64,000 nucleotides of DNA, from positions 200,098 through 264,097 of the forward strand of contig CAKQTH010000001.1 in assembly GCA_934276635.1 (NCBI GenBank). The letters are read 5' to 3'. The stretch's first letter is position 1; the number at the start of each line of letters is the position of its first letter. Shown here in pieces: positions 1 through 10,262 of the stretch. The position numbers were made by a program, and so were the translations under genes. The DNA comes from an uncultured Alphaproteobacteria bacterium (lineage in GTDB: Bacteria > Pseudomonadota > Alphaproteobacteria > RF32 > CAG-239). The notes beneath the pieces were generated by a model. The model did not search any database, was not told the origin of the DNA, and worked only from the letters and a program-made list of their open reading frames with translations.

Positions 1-391
1 AGTCTCAGACGGAAAAATCACTCTGTTTGCAAAGGTTTCAACAATTATTGCCGGACTTGCATATGATCATATTATCGAGCCGTTGCCTTATGTGTCAGAA
101 GAAAATCCATCGTATTCGCCAAAAGCAATCAGAGTTGTTGATGCAATGTTCAGAATTATTGATTCTCAAGGATTATGCATTGATTTAGGCGAGGGCTATC
201 ATGAAGTTTCTTTAGAAAAAATATGCAGCAAAAATAAGCTTGATATGAAGCCGAAGCTGTTTTCCGGAGATGTCGAAATGAAAGCTTTGGGGTGGATTCG
301 CGATATAAACAAACCGATGTGGAGCATAAAAAGCGACACTCCGTTTTGTTTTACACTGTTGTCGGTGTTGTTAAAAGTTAAAGTAAAATAA
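1..391 (+). CDS. hypothetical protein, C-terminal fragment (ORF is open to the window start)
   Basis: The reading frame is open from position 2 and runs into ORF 83..391. There is no recognisable family. The next ORF follows 25 nt downstream. Confidence 0.35.
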   Translation, partial: VSDGKITLFAKVSTIIAGLAYDHIIEPLPYVSEENPSYSPKAIRVVDAMFRIIDSQGLCIDLGEGYHEVSLEKICSKNKLDMKPKLFSGDVEMKALGWIRDINKPMWSIKSDTPFCFTLLSVLLKVKVK

Positions 392-415
392 TAAGATAAA
401 GAAAGGAGAAACATT

Positions 416-793
416 ATGGGAGGAGTAGTTAAAGAAGGCATAGAAACTGCTTATGGTGCATACAATTTTTATCAGGACAGAAAATCCGCAAAGAAAGAGC
501 TGAAAAATATCGAAGTTGAGCACGGCCTCAAACAACGGCAGATGCTGAATGTTTTGGAAAAAGATTTGGCATCGAGGCGCGCGCGTTTGGGCGGCCAGGG
601 AATCGGAAATTCAAACTCTTTTGATGCTTTGCAAAAACGAACTGCAAACGAGGCGTATTTGAACATTGTGCAAGACGATATTTCTAAAAAATCGCAAAAA
701 GATTCCATAAAAAAGACATATCGAAAGAATAGAGATCAGTTTGTTTATGACAATGCGACTAAAGCAATGGGCTACACAAAATTGTTATCATAA
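416..793 (+). CDS. hypothetical protein (125 aa)
   Basis: ORF with a strong RBS (aaaggagaaacatt-ATG), tightly spaced with its neighbours on the same strand. No family recognised. Confidence 0.4.
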   Translation: MGGVVKEGIETAYGAYNFYQDRKSAKKELKNIEVEHGLKQRQMLNVLEKDLASRRARLGGQGIGNSNSFDALQKRTANEAYLNIVQDDISKKSQKDSIKKTYRKNRDQFVYDNATKAMGYTKLLS

Positions 794-804
794 GGAGAAA
801 ATAT

Positions 805-999
805 ATGCCGAAACAAAAACTTACATATCAACAAAAAAGAAAAGCAGAATATGAAAAACAAATTCCGCTGACAGACCAACTGGACGCAATTTTGAAAGCG
901 TTTGATATGGTGCTGCAGGACGACGGAGATTTGCCTTATGAGTTGATTGATATTATTGAAAAATGGCAGGCCGTAAAAGCGAAATATCCGAAAGAATAG
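805..999 (+). CDS. hypothetical small protein (64 aa)
   Basis: RBS aaggagaaaatat-ATG, 11 nt after the previous stop. No family recognised. Confidence 0.35.
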   Translation: MPKQKLTYQQKRKAEYEKQIPLTDQLDAILKAFDMVLQDDGDLPYELIDIIEKWQAVKAKYPKE

Positions 1000-1014
1000 C
1001 GGCTGCCAAAATGG

Positions 1015-1845
1015 TTACTTCAAAATTGTGTTTATTATTATGCAATATTTTTGACCTTTTGAAAGATGCGGTTTGGGCGAGATAATCTCCCAGCCGCGAT
1101 TTTTCATTTCATAAAAATATGTGGTATAAATATTAAGCAGAATTTTGAACGGAAGAGCCTGTTTCGGCGAAAGTTCGGACAGACTTCTGCGCGCGTTTTC
1201 GAGTGCTGTTTCAGCCATAAGTCCGAGCTTGGCGCGAACCTGCGTAAAATTTTTGTCTGTAATAATATGTTCAGGATTAGAGGAAAGAATGCCCGATGCG
1301 GCAACAAACTCTTTCGGAGCATACAATCTGTCCATTTTTGAATCTTCTTTTTCGTCTTTCAAAATATCCGTAATTTGCAGAAAAATCCCCATCTGCGCGG
1401 CGGCAGCCTCCGCAATTTTATCTTCAATCCCCATAATTTTCATTACAAAAAAGCATTGCGTCCCGGCGATAACACGGCAATATTGCTCAAAATCGTCAAG
1501 GCTCATATTTTGCATTGGATTAGGCAGATCAAGCGCGGTCTGCGAGATAAAATCCATAAATTTTTGTTTCGGTAGATGAAAACGCATACAGTTTTTATAA
1601 ATGTAGCGTCCAACATCGGTTGCCGGAACTTTGTTGTCGTAAATGTTGTGCATTTCTTCAATCCACGCCTTTATCAGCGCAATTTTTTCATCAGTCGGCA
1701 AAGCTCCGTCCACAATATTATCGATATGTCGGCAAAATGCGTATGAGGCATAAATCGCCTCGCGTTGAGCTTTCGGAAACAGATACATGCAGCTCCAATA
1801 AAAAACGGAGTTGCTTTTTTTGACTATTTTTCCGATTTGGCTCAT
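1015..1845 (-). CDS. squalene/phytoene synthase family protein (HpnD/CrtB-like)
   Basis: YASYAFCRHIDNIVDG and the overall layout of the trans-isoprenyl diphosphate synthase head-to-head family. Confidence 0.6.
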   Translation of the reverse strand: MSQIGKIVKKSNSVFYWSCMYLFPKAQREAIYASYAFCRHIDNIVDGALPTDEKIALIKAWIEEMHNIYDNKVPATDVGRYIYKNCMRFHLPKQKFMDFISQTALDLPNPMQNMSLDDFEQYCRVIAGTQCFFVMKIMGIEDKIAEAAAAQMGIFLQITDILKDEKEDSKMDRLYAPKEFVAASGILSSNPEHIITDKNFTQVRAKLGLMAETALENARRSLSELSPKQALPFKILLNIYTTYFYEMKNRGWEIISPKPHLSKGQKYCIIINTILK

Positions 1846-1935
1846 CTTACTTCCTTGCGTTTTAAGCGAAAATACAACAAATTATATAACAATTATTTTT
1901 GTTTTTTTGCAAAAATAATCAGATTTTTCCACATT

Positions 1936-3288
1936 TTATTTGCATTTTTCAAGCCAAATTTCAAAATCCTGCTTTGCTCTTTTGCAATATTCCGTTTTGC
2001 GGTCGGAACCTTTCAGCCAAATCTTTTTGCCTTTGGCGCTGATTTTCGGTTCAAGATTTTCAAACAATCCGAAATTTATGTTCATCGGCTGATAGTTTTT
2101 TATGTCAGTGTCATCGCGAAGATGCGCCAGCATAGCCCCGAAAGCGGTAGTTTTCGGCGGAATAATCGGAGTTTTTTTGAGCATCTCGCAGGCGGCAAAA
2201 CATCCGCAAAGCCAGCCGATGCAGGCGCTCTCGACATATCCTTCACAGCCGGTAATCTGTCCGGCAAAACTGATATGCGGAGCGTTTTTCAGCCGCAAAA
2301 AATCATCCAACACAACCGGACTTTGAATAAAGGTGTTTTTATGAATTCCGCCCAAACGCGCAAATTGAGCGTTTTCAAGCCCCGGAATCATTCGAAAAAT
2401 TCTGAGTTGCTCGGGGTGTTTCATCTTGGTCTGAAATCCGACGATGTTGCGCAGTGTGTCCTCTTTATTATCCTGCCGCAGCTGAACAACCGCATACGGT
2501 TTTTCCTCTGAGTGAGGATTGGTCAGCCCGACCGGTTTCATCGGTCCGAAGCGCAGGGTTTGCGCGCCTCTTTGCGCCATAACCTCAATCGGCAGACAAC
2601 CATCAAAATAGGCCGCTTTTTCTTCTTCAAAATTATGAAATTCAACTTTTTGCGCGGCCATAATTTCGCTGACAAAGTTGTTGTATTGTTCTTCTGTCAT
2701 CGGGCAGTTTATATAGTCAAACTTGTCGCCTTTGTCATAGCGGGACTGATACCACGCTTTTGAAAAATCTATGCTGTCTTTGAAAACGACCGGCGCAATC
2801 GCATCATAAAAATTGAGCGCCTGATTTCCGATTGCCGACAGAACGGAAGATGCCAGTTTTTCAGAGGTGAGAGGGCCGGTTGCCACAATCGTACGGCCGA
2901 ATTTTTCGTCAGGCAAAGAGGTAAATTCTTCTGATTTTCTTTCAATCAACGGACAAGAATCGATTTTTTTTGCAACATATTCGCAAAAACCGTCACGGTC
3001 TACTGCCAATGCCCCGCCGGCCGGAACTTTGGTGGCGTCTGCGGCTTCCAAAATCAGCGAACCGGCTTTGCGCATTTCATAATGCATTAGACCGACCGCG
3101 TTTTGTTCGTCATCATCGGAGCGCAAAGAGTTTGAACAAACCAGTTCTGCCGGATTTGCGTTGTGGTGAGCCGGAGAAAATTTGTTCGGCTTCATATCAT
3201 ACAATGTGACCGCGACTCCTCTTTTTGCGGCTTGCCATGCGGCCTCGCAGCCGGCCAGACCTGCGCCGATAATGTTTATTTTTTTCAT
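1936..3288 (-). CDS. trmFO: methylenetetrahydrofolate--tRNA-(uracil54-C5)-methyltransferase TrmFO
   Basis: N-terminal FAD motif [14 protein letters not shown] and full-length similarity to TrmFO/Gid (450 aa). Confidence 0.9.
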   Translation of the reverse strand: MKKINIIGAGLAGCEAAWQAAKRGVAVTLYDMKPNKFSPAHHNANPAELVCSNSLRSDDDEQNAVGLMHYEMRKAGSLILEAADATKVPAGGALAVDRDGFCEYVAKKIDSCPLIERKSEEFTSLPDEKFGRTIVATGPLTSEKLASSVLSAIGNQALNFYDAIAPVVFKDSIDFSKAWYQSRYDKGDKFDYINCPMTEEQYNNFVSEIMAAQKVEFHNFEEEKAAYFDGCLPIEVMAQRGAQTLRFGPMKPVGLTNPHSEEKPYAVVQLRQDNKEDTLRNIVGFQTKMKHPEQLRIFRMIPGLENAQFARLGGIHKNTFIQSPVVLDDFLRLKNAPHISFAGQITGCEGYVESACIGWLCGCFAACEMLKKTPIIPPKTTAFGAMLAHLRDDTDIKNYQPMNINFGLFENLEPKISAKGKKIWLKGSDRKTEYCKRAKQDFEIWLEKCK

Positions 3289-3373
3289 TTTTTACCTCGT
3301 TTTTGTTTCTTGCAACATATAAAATTTATGTACAAAAGTAAACAGAATTATTAAACCTTTTTTTAATTAATCT

Positions 3374-4507
3374 GTGATAAATCCATATGTTATGATGAAG
3401 AATATGAAAAAACTTAAAGCTCTGTCTCTGGTTGCGTTGCTTTGGCCGCTGAGCCTTGCCGCACAAGATTTTGCCGACATTGTCAACAATGCGGAAGATG
3501 AGATGTTTGCCGAAGATACATCTGATTTCGGCGATGAAACCGTAACCGAACAGGTTGCCGAATTCAGCTCCGAAAATCAGCCGGCGGAAACTTTGCCAAC
3601 CGCAGGAACCGAAGATAAAAGCTCAACGGCCGAAGAGCCGAAAGCAACAGCTCCGGCAAAGCAGATTGTGCAGATTGACGATGATGACGAAGATACAACA
3701 GTCGACGCTTCTGCCTCGCTGACGGAAAACCTGAACAAATCAGGCTCCGGCGACGATATATTGCCGACATCTTCTTCAGATAATTCTCCGAATCAAAACT
3801 GGGTTGACAAGCTGATTTCTTCCGGAAAAGCAAAAAAGAGCGGAGAAAAAGAAGGTCCTCTTTCCGAAATGTTGGAAACTTCCCGTGCCACTATTGTTCG
3901 AACCCGCTCAAATGCATCTGTTTTTGACATTTCTGGCGTAATGCTCAGAATGAATCTTCTTCAGGCGGAAGAGGCCTTAAGAAAAAGAGGATACAAAAAA
4001 GTTTCACAAAAAATGGAAATTCCGAACTTTATAAAATGGCGTAATGAAGAACTTTGCCGAGGCAGCGGCGTAGTCGGATATGAACGACTAGCAAACTGCG
4101 TTGTTCAAAAGGCCAAAAAAGAAAATTATGAATATGTCGAAACCGCAAAATATGCGAAATATGACACAAAAGAAAGTATGGAAATTAAGCTGACCAGCAC
4201 ATTTACGCAAAACAAAATCTACAAAATTTCATATAAGAGCGAGGCTGCGCTTGTCCGCGGCTCAAGCCAAAAATCCGCGTATTTGCGCAATATCAAAGTT
4301 TTTGATTTTTGGAAAAAAGTTAATCAAAAATACGGGGCGCCCGACAATCGAGACGATGTAATCTGGGGAATGGGCGGCAACAAGCCGTATATGCAGGGGG
4401 CGACCGGCATGCTGGTTCTTGAAGATCCAATGCTGCGCGAACTTGACTATACCAGAATGTCGCGAGAAGATCAAAGATTTATGAACACAAATTTATACAG
4501 TTTTTAG
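3374..4507 (+). CDS. secreted protein with acidic low-complexity N-terminal half and an unknown C-terminal domain
   Basis: Signal-peptide-like N-terminus (KKLKALSLVALLWPLSLAAQ), a D/E/S/T-rich region, then a globular C-terminus. No family recognised. ChpT starts 9 nt downstream. Confidence 0.55.
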   Translation: MINPYVMMKNMKKLKALSLVALLWPLSLAAQDFADIVNNAEDEMFAEDTSDFGDETVTEQVAEFSSENQPAETLPTAGTEDKSSTAEEPKATAPAKQIVQIDDDDEDTTVDASASLTENLNKSGSGDDILPTSSSDNSPNQNWVDKLISSGKAKKSGEKEGPLSEMLETSRATIVRTRSNASVFDISGVMLRMNLLQAEEALRKRGYKKVSQKMEIPNFIKWRNEELCRGSGVVGYERLANCVVQKAKKENYEYVETAKYAKYDTKESMEIKLTSTFTQNKIYKISYKSEAALVRGSSQKSAYLRNIKVFDFWKKVNQKYGAPDNRDDVIWGMGGNKPYMQGATGMLVLEDPMLRELDYTRMSREDQRFMNTNLYSF

Positions 4508-4516
4508 GGTGTTATA

Positions 4517-5128
4517 ATGAACAATATGCAAATTTCTCAGGTGGTATGTACGCGTATCAGCCACGATATTGTCGGAAATGTCGGCGCGGTTGCCAATGCG
4601 CTGGAGCTTTTTGAAGACGATGACAACGACTTTTTTGAAGATATCAAAAAAATTTTGGGCGTAAGTTCACGCGTTTTGGCCGCCAGAATGAAGTTTTTTC
4701 GTATGGCTTTCGGGCTTGAAAATGCGGCGCTGAAAAATTCCGAAACGGTTTTTGCCTCCATAACCGATTATTTGCACACACTCTCCGGTGAGGCCGGAAA
4801 AATCTCGTTTGAGGCAGAAAATATTATGCCGGAGCATAACAGAATTTTGATGCAGGCTGTTATGATGATGGCCGATTTGATGCCGTACGGCGGCCAGATT
4901 AAATGCTGCTATGAAAACGAGCGCTTGTGGGTGGCGGCAAATTGTGCGCGAGGATATTCGCAAGACAAAATTTCTGCGGTAAAATCAATCATATCAGGAG
5001 CAAAAGATTTTGATGCCGATGCGCAATATGCCCACATTTTGAGCCTTGTGGAAGAGACCAAAGACGAAAATAAAATGAAACTGATGACAATCGACGGGCC
5101 GGCGCTTGTCATCGGCAAAAACCTGTAA
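4517..5128 (+). CDS. chpT: ChpT-family histidine phosphotransferase (HPTransfase domain)
   Basis: RISHDIVGNVGAVANALEL with the FFRMAFG motif matches the ChpT phospho-His region LCHD...FxRxAFG. Confidence 0.55.
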   Translation: MNNMQISQVVCTRISHDIVGNVGAVANALELFEDDDNDFFEDIKKILGVSSRVLAARMKFFRMAFGLENAALKNSETVFASITDYLHTLSGEAGKISFEAENIMPEHNRILMQAVMMMADLMPYGGQIKCCYENERLWVAANCARGYSQDKISAVKSIISGAKDFDADAQYAHILSLVEETKDENKMKLMTIDGPALVIGKNL

Positions 5129-5129
5129 G

Positions 5130-5158
5130 AAAAATCCTCCGTTACGGAGGATTTTTTG
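5130..5158. terminator. bidirectional rho-independent terminator (atcctccgt/acggaggat plus T-run)
   Basis: Perfect hairpin followed by TTTTTT, sitting between the convergent chpT and kdsA genes. Confidence 0.5.
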
Positions 5159-5165
5159 TGTCATA

Positions 5166-6002
5166 TTAATATGCTTTTTTAGTGATTCTGTCGTGCTCCA
5201 AAAGCGTTTCCAAAACCGCAGGCATATCCTTCAGCGCAATGGTATTTGGCCCGTCTGAAAGCGCCTTGTCCGGATTTTCGTGCGTTTCCATAAACACGGC
5301 GGCAACTCCGACCGCAACCGCAGCTCTGGCCAATACTGGAGCAAATTCTCTTTGTCCGCCGGTGCTTCCGCCGAGGCCTCCGGGCTGCTGAACCGAATGC
5401 GTTGCGTCAAAAATCACCGGACAGCCCGTATCGCGAATCATCTGCGGGAAACTGCGCATATCCACAACCAAAGTATTATAGCCGAAAGATGTGCCTCTTT
5501 CGGTGATGCATACATTTTCATTGCCGCTGTCTGTAACTTTTTTCACGATGTTTTTTACATCCCACGGAGCCAAAAACTGGCCTTTTTTCACATTAACGAT
5601 TTTCCCGGTTTTTGCCGCGGCCACAACCAAATCTGTCTGTCTGCACAAAAATGCCGGAATTTGAAGCATATCGACATGTTTTGCTACTTCTGCGCATTGC
5701 CATTGTTCGTGCACATCTGTAACTATCGGAATGTTGTTATAAAGTTTTTTGATTTCATCAAATGTGCGCATACCTTCCTCAAGCCCGACGCCGCGCGCGC
5801 CGTTGATGGAAGTTCTGTTTGCCTTATCAAAAGAAGCCTTAAAGACATAGTTCATATTGAGCTTGGCGGTAATTTCGCGCATTGCGCCGCAAATATCGAT
5901 TGCGTGTTGGCGGCTTTCAATTTGGCAGGGGCCGCAAAGAAGGCTGAGCGGAAGCTCGTTGCCGATGCGAAACCCGCCGATTTTGATAATTTTTTGTTCC
6001 AT
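5166..6002 (-). CDS. kdsA: 2-dehydro-3-deoxyphosphooctonate aldolase (KDO-8-phosphate synthase)
   Basis: Full-length KdsA similarity. The start is refined to MEQKIIKIGG with a GGAGG RBS. Confidence 0.9.
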   Translation of the reverse strand: MEQKIIKIGGFRIGNELPLSLLCGPCQIESRQHAIDICGAMREITAKLNMNYVFKASFDKANRTSINGARGVGLEEGMRTFDEIKKLYNNIPIVTDVHEQWQCAEVAKHVDMLQIPAFLCRQTDLVVAAAKTGKIVNVKKGQFLAPWDVKNIVKKVTDSGNENVCITERGTSFGYNTLVVDMRSFPQMIRDTGCPVIFDATHSVQQPGGLGGSTGGQREFAPVLARAAVAVGVAAVFMETHENPDKALSDGPNTIALKDMPAVLETLLEHDRITKKAY

Positions 6003-6098
6003 AACAAAGTCCTCCGAATCATAAATATTTCTGCATCGGAGCATAGCAAAAATGCACGGAATTTTCAACCGTGCATTTCAATCAATCCACATAAGGCA

Positions 6099-6647
6099 TT
6101 ATTTTTGCGGTTTTGTAAGGCGCATAAGCTGAGCTCTGCGCAGTTCTTCTTCCTGTCTTTTGGCCTCTGACATCAAAGAAGAAAACCTTTCCCATGTACG
6201 CGGGCTCATAGAGCGAACCTTTACCGCGCGCAGCTTTTCGTCTGTTTTATAAATATTGACGCCGTTATCAACAAAAGAGCCGTTTTCATATTTTTTGACG
6301 GTCATTGCATATACGCCGCGCTGTCCTTCACACAAGCTGGACGGAATTTCTATTTTGGAATTTTCGATAAAACCGTTTCTGCGCCCTTCATCAAGCTTAG
6401 ATTTAAATCCGAGCCATTTTTCTTCAGGCATATCTTCAATAACTTTTTTCTTGAGGGAAACGCCGCAATCTTCATAGCAGTACAAACGCGCGCCGCATTT
6501 CTTTTCGCCGGTACGAAGTTCGGCGGCAAATACGGTCGTATAATTGTCCACAAAACCATCAGGAACCGGAATTCGACGGCTGGTCTCAACCAGTTCGTTT
6601 TTGTGTCTTCTGGCAAATAATTCTTTAATCTTCCCCTTCAGTTCCAT
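6099..6647 (-). CDS. conserved hypothetical protein (182 aa)
   Basis: Clean ORF. No family confidently recognised. Confidence 0.45.
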   Translation of the reverse strand: MELKGKIKELFARRHKNELVETSRRIPVPDGFVDNYTTVFAAELRTGEKKCGARLYCYEDCGVSLKKKVIEDMPEEKWLGFKSKLDEGRRNGFIENSKIEIPSSLCEGQRGVYAMTVKKYENGSFVDNGVNIYKTDEKLRAVKVRSMSPRTWERFSSLMSEAKRQEEELRRAQLMRLTKPQK

Positions 6648-6735
6648 AGCTGCTCCTATAAAAACATCAAAGACAATATGTCATAAATTTAGTGCCTTGT
6701 CAACACAATTCAATATATTGTCTAAAGATAAATAT

Positions 6736-7671
6736 TTAGTTAGCAACCGGCTCCGAAAGTTGAATATTTTTTTGCAGTGGCATAAAATTTTTCGCCTGAT
6801 TTTCAGAAATTTCAAACAGCCAGCCGTCATACAAAACTTTGTTGTTTTCAACATATTCGCGCAATCCGGCAAGCGGAACGACGGTTGTGTCCGGTGTGAC
6901 CGAAACATAATATTTCTCGTCTTTTTGCAGCAGTGAAATTTTTATAATCAGCCCGCCGAAAGTTTCGATTCTCAGCTCGTTGATTGCGGAAAATTTCTTG
7001 CCGTCGGCAGCAGGCAGGGCGGTTATAAATTTGAAATTCGAAAGTTCTTTGAACAAACCGGCAAGATAATTTTTTTCATCAGCCTGAGCGGCAAAATCTT
7101 CTTCTTCATCATCGCGAGAGAACACATATTCTCCGATGCCGACCGAAGAAATATCTTTTTGCTGCAGCGCAACCAGCGGCTGTTTCAGCCAGATATCGCA
7201 AGATTGCGGAAAATCATACATCTGCGTCATCTCATAAATTTTATCGGAGCCGAAAACTTTTGCCAGATAGCGGCTGTCTTCATTTTTCATCACCTCTGCC
7301 GAATTCAGCAGCTTGTTTCCTTCAAAAACTTCTATTTTCCAGTCCGGCACAAATTGTATATCTTTACCCGCATAGTTGTATAACCGGCTGGAGTTGAGCA
7401 TATAAATCACCATCGAAATCATATTATAATCCGCAAAATATCCGCCGCATTGCTCAACTCTCCAGGCTCCGTCTTCAACCGCAAACGAAAAGCCGTTTTC
7501 TTTGCCGGTGAGCACGATTTTGCCGTTTTGCGGAGAAACATTTAGCGAATCGGCAAAGGTTTTCATTCCGACCGGCTGTGGGGCTTTTTTATATTTTTCG
7601 GATATTGCGGCCGCTGCAAAAAACACAAATGCGCAAATCAGTGCGGCAGCTGAAATGTTGATGATTTTCAT
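6736..7671 (-). CDS. DUF4340-like periplasmic protein (accessory to the GldFG-like ABC system)
   Basis: Signal peptide. 4-nt overlap with the upstream permease/GldG gene. Resembles the C-terminal domain of ORF 21014..24475. Confidence 0.5.
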   Translation of the reverse strand: MKIINISAAALICAFVFFAAAAISEKYKKAPQPVGMKTFADSLNVSPQNGKIVLTGKENGFSFAVEDGAWRVEQCGGYFADYNMISMVIYMLNSSRLYNYAGKDIQFVPDWKIEVFEGNKLLNSAEVMKNEDSRYLAKVFGSDKIYEMTQMYDFPQSCDIWLKQPLVALQQKDISSVGIGEYVFSRDDEEEDFAAQADEKNYLAGLFKELSNFKFITALPAADGKKFSAINELRIETFGGLIIKISLLQKDEKYYVSVTPDTTVVPLAGLREYVENNKVLYDGWLFEISENQAKNFMPLQKNIQLSEPVAN

Positions 7672-10250
7672 TTAAATCTCTCCTTGATAATTTTTTTCTT
7701 GAGCCAAGCGGCGATATAATAAAGAACGGACAACAGCAAAGTCAGCCCGAGCGGAATCCACACCAAAACCGCAAAAGCAAAGTCGGCGCTTTGGTTTTCA
7801 TAATCGCTCTCAATTTGATATTCCAAACTTCTCTTTTTCAGTATCAGCTTGTCTTTTTTGTCTCCGGTCTCGTTGAAATATTTTGAATCTTCGGCCGAAA
7901 AAACAGAGCTGTCAGCCCGCGCCTGTTTGATAATCCGCGCAAGCTCATCATCTGTTTTTGCAAGCATATCTTCTGTATTTTCAAGCTCTGCACGATATTT
8001 TTCAAAAGCGTTTTTGCGCATCATCTCAGCCGGAGAAACGCCGGTTTCAGATGTTGTCGATTTGATGATATCAATAATCGGATCGTTGTTCATATATGCA
8101 ATCAGGCGGAGCAAAAACTGCATATTGTCATTTTTTTCAACAAACAGATATGGGCGGATATCAACCGTTTTTTCCGTGTTGTTAACAATTTCGTTTGCCA
8201 AAAAGTCGGAATCGGAAATTACGGCAATTTTGCCTTCTTTCATGGAGTACGGAATAGCATCGCCGCCGATCGGAGAATATTCATAAAGAGACAAAAACTT
8301 TCCGCTTGAAATTGCTACCAAATGAACATTGTCCGCGATTTTTTCGTCGGCCTCGTCAAGGGTGTAATCTTTGCGGTTTATTGCAGATGTCGGCGCAATA
8401 ACCGTTTTTCCGCCGAGGGCAAGCATCTCTTCAACATTATCGGAGTTTTCCGGAGCTTTTTCTGCCATGCCCGCAGTGCTGAAGACAAGCAGGTTGAGAC
8501 CTGAGAGAGGCTTGTTTTCGGAAGCGGATAAATCGTCTTTTTCAAGCTTTATGACAAGCGGATTTTTCTTCAAAATCGGGGTATCGTTTTCGCCGGTTTT
8601 TAGCATAACTTTTTGCGCATACGCATCGTTTGCAATGACCAAATTTTGCGATATCTGTAAGCCGAAATTTTTAAGCCAATAGTTTAAGTTGTTGTTCTGC
8701 GGTGTTACTTTTGCGGCATATTCCATTTCTGCTTGCGAATACGGATCGGCCGCAATTATCAAATTTCCGCCCGACAAAACATATTGATCAAGGGCAAATC
8801 CCATCGGCTCGGCAAAGCTGTGCGGATTTATCGCAATCACGGTTTTAATCTGCGGCGGAATGTCTGCTGTGTCTTCGGAAATTCTGATCACATCATAATA
8901 CATTTTCAGCTTTTCGGCCAATATCCAGGACGCAAATTCTTCTTTGTATGTTTTGCGCAAAATCGGCAGATTCGGAGCGATGATGCCTATTATCTCTTTG
9001 CTCTCGCCGGCTTTCAAGTTCTTAAGATTGAAAGTTATATCCTGTTCCAGCTGGCTTTTGCGCTCTTTTATAAACAGCGGCACAGACGCGATTTTGTTGT
9101 CGGAAGCAATCATCACCGCGCCGAAATAAATCTGGGTTCCCGCATCGTCAAGCATCGGTTCAAGTCCGTATTCTTCGGCATCTGCGGCCTCCGGCGAATA
9201 CGGTTTTGGATTGATTATTTCAAAGCTGATATTTGCCGATTGTGCGGCATAATTTTCGATTGTTTTTGCCACATATGCCGGATATCCCGCATATTCGGGA
9301 TAAACATCGGCAAAGTTGTCAGAAACATAAAGTTTTATATGAACTTTTTGTCCTAGCGAATCTGCGGTGTTGATACTCTCGGCGGAAAGAGTGTTCAGCT
9401 TGTCATTGGTCATATCCGCGGCAAAAGAATGAAAAACAAGGTTGTTTGCAACCGCGGTCAGCGCAAATGCGGACAAAAGGAAAAACATTGAAACAGCAAC
9501 CTGCCAGCCGCTTATTCTTTTTCGCTTCCACCACAAAATGGCGCAACAGAAAAATACATAAATCGAGCACAACAAAACAAAGAACAAAATCGGCGCAAGT
9601 CCGAGCTGCCCGCCGCTGAAAACTTCATAATTTGCCGCAAAACTCAATGATGCCGCCGTTGTTACGGGATATATGCCGAACGGTGAGAGCACCAGATTTA
9701 CAACCGGAGTAAAGCTTATAAAATTAAGCATTAACAAAAATAGGGTCCCGAGCAGATATCCGGCAAAGGAGTTTTTGCATAAAAACATAACAAACGCACA
9801 GATTGAGCACATAGCCCCGACCATCAGAAACAGTCCGAAATATGCGCATAAAACTTCAGCGGCGATAAGTTTTGCATAAAAAGAACAAAATGCGGTGATA
9901 ACGAGTGATAGCATTAGCAAAAACGATGCAAATGAAAGTACGGATAAAAATTTTGCGACGGCGATTGTGCGATATTTTATCGGCTGTACAAACAAAAATT
10001 CAAAAGACGAGCCTTTTTCTTCTTCATTAAAAACTTTCAGCGAAATTGCTGGCAGGATAAAGCACCAAATCCATGGCTGCGGCGCAAAAAACGCAGACAG
10101 TCCGCTCGGAGAAGTCTGCAAAAAATTGCCGAAATAAAGCATACCGGCGCCGGACAAAAACAAATATAAAAAAATCAGCACATATCCGAAAACGCCGCGG
10201 AAAAAACTCATAAAATCCTTGCGGAAAATGGCAAAAATCTGTTGTGACAT
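7668..10250 (-). CDS. fused ABC-2 type permease (GldF-like) / GldG-like periplasmic component
   Basis: N-terminal multi-TM permease, a large periplasmic GldG-like domain and a C-terminal TM anchor. Sits beside the ABC ATPase gene. Confidence 0.7.
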   Translation of the reverse strand: MSQQIFAIFRKDFMSFFRGVFGYVLIFLYLFLSGAGMLYFGNFLQTSPSGLSAFFAPQPWIWCFILPAISLKVFNEEEKGSSFEFLFVQPIKYRTIAVAKFLSVLSFASFLLMLSLVITAFCSFYAKLIAAEVLCAYFGLFLMVGAMCSICAFVMFLCKNSFAGYLLGTLFLLMLNFISFTPVVNLVLSPFGIYPVTTAASLSFAANYEVFSGGQLGLAPILFFVLLCSIYVFFCCAILWWKRKRISGWQVAVSMFFLLSAFALTAVANNLVFHSFAADMTNDKLNTLSAESINTADSLGQKVHIKLYVSDNFADVYPEYAGYPAYVAKTIENYAAQSANISFEIINPKPYSPEAADAEEYGLEPMLDDAGTQIYFGAVMIASDNKIASVPLFIKERKSQLEQDITFNLKNLKAGESKEIIGIIAPNLPILRKTYKEEFASWILAEKLKMYYDVIRISEDTADIPPQIKTVIAINPHSFAEPMGFALDQYVLSGGNLIIAADPYSQAEMEYAAKVTPQNNNLNYWLKNFGLQISQNLVIANDAYAQKVMLKTGENDTPILKKNPLVIKLEKDDLSASENKPLSGLNLLVFSTAGMAEKAPENSDNVEEMLALGGKTVIAPTSAINRKDYTLDEADEKIADNVHLVAISSGKFLSLYEYSPIGGDAIPYSMKEGKIAVISDSDFLANEIVNNTEKTVDIRPYLFVEKNDNMQFLLRLIAYMNNDPIIDIIKSTTSETGVSPAEMMRKNAFEKYRAELENTEDMLAKTDDELARIIKQARADSSVFSAEDSKYFNETGDKKDKLILKKRSLEYQIESDYENQSADFAFAVLVWIPLGLTLLLSVLYYIAAWLKKKIIKERFK

Positions 10251-10262
10251 AAAATTTTCTCC

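Noticed and set aside
5280-6170. Long antisense ORF (296 aa) opposite kdsA
   Set aside because: It is a shadow ORF fully overlapping the well-supported kdsA, with no RBS or recognisable domains.
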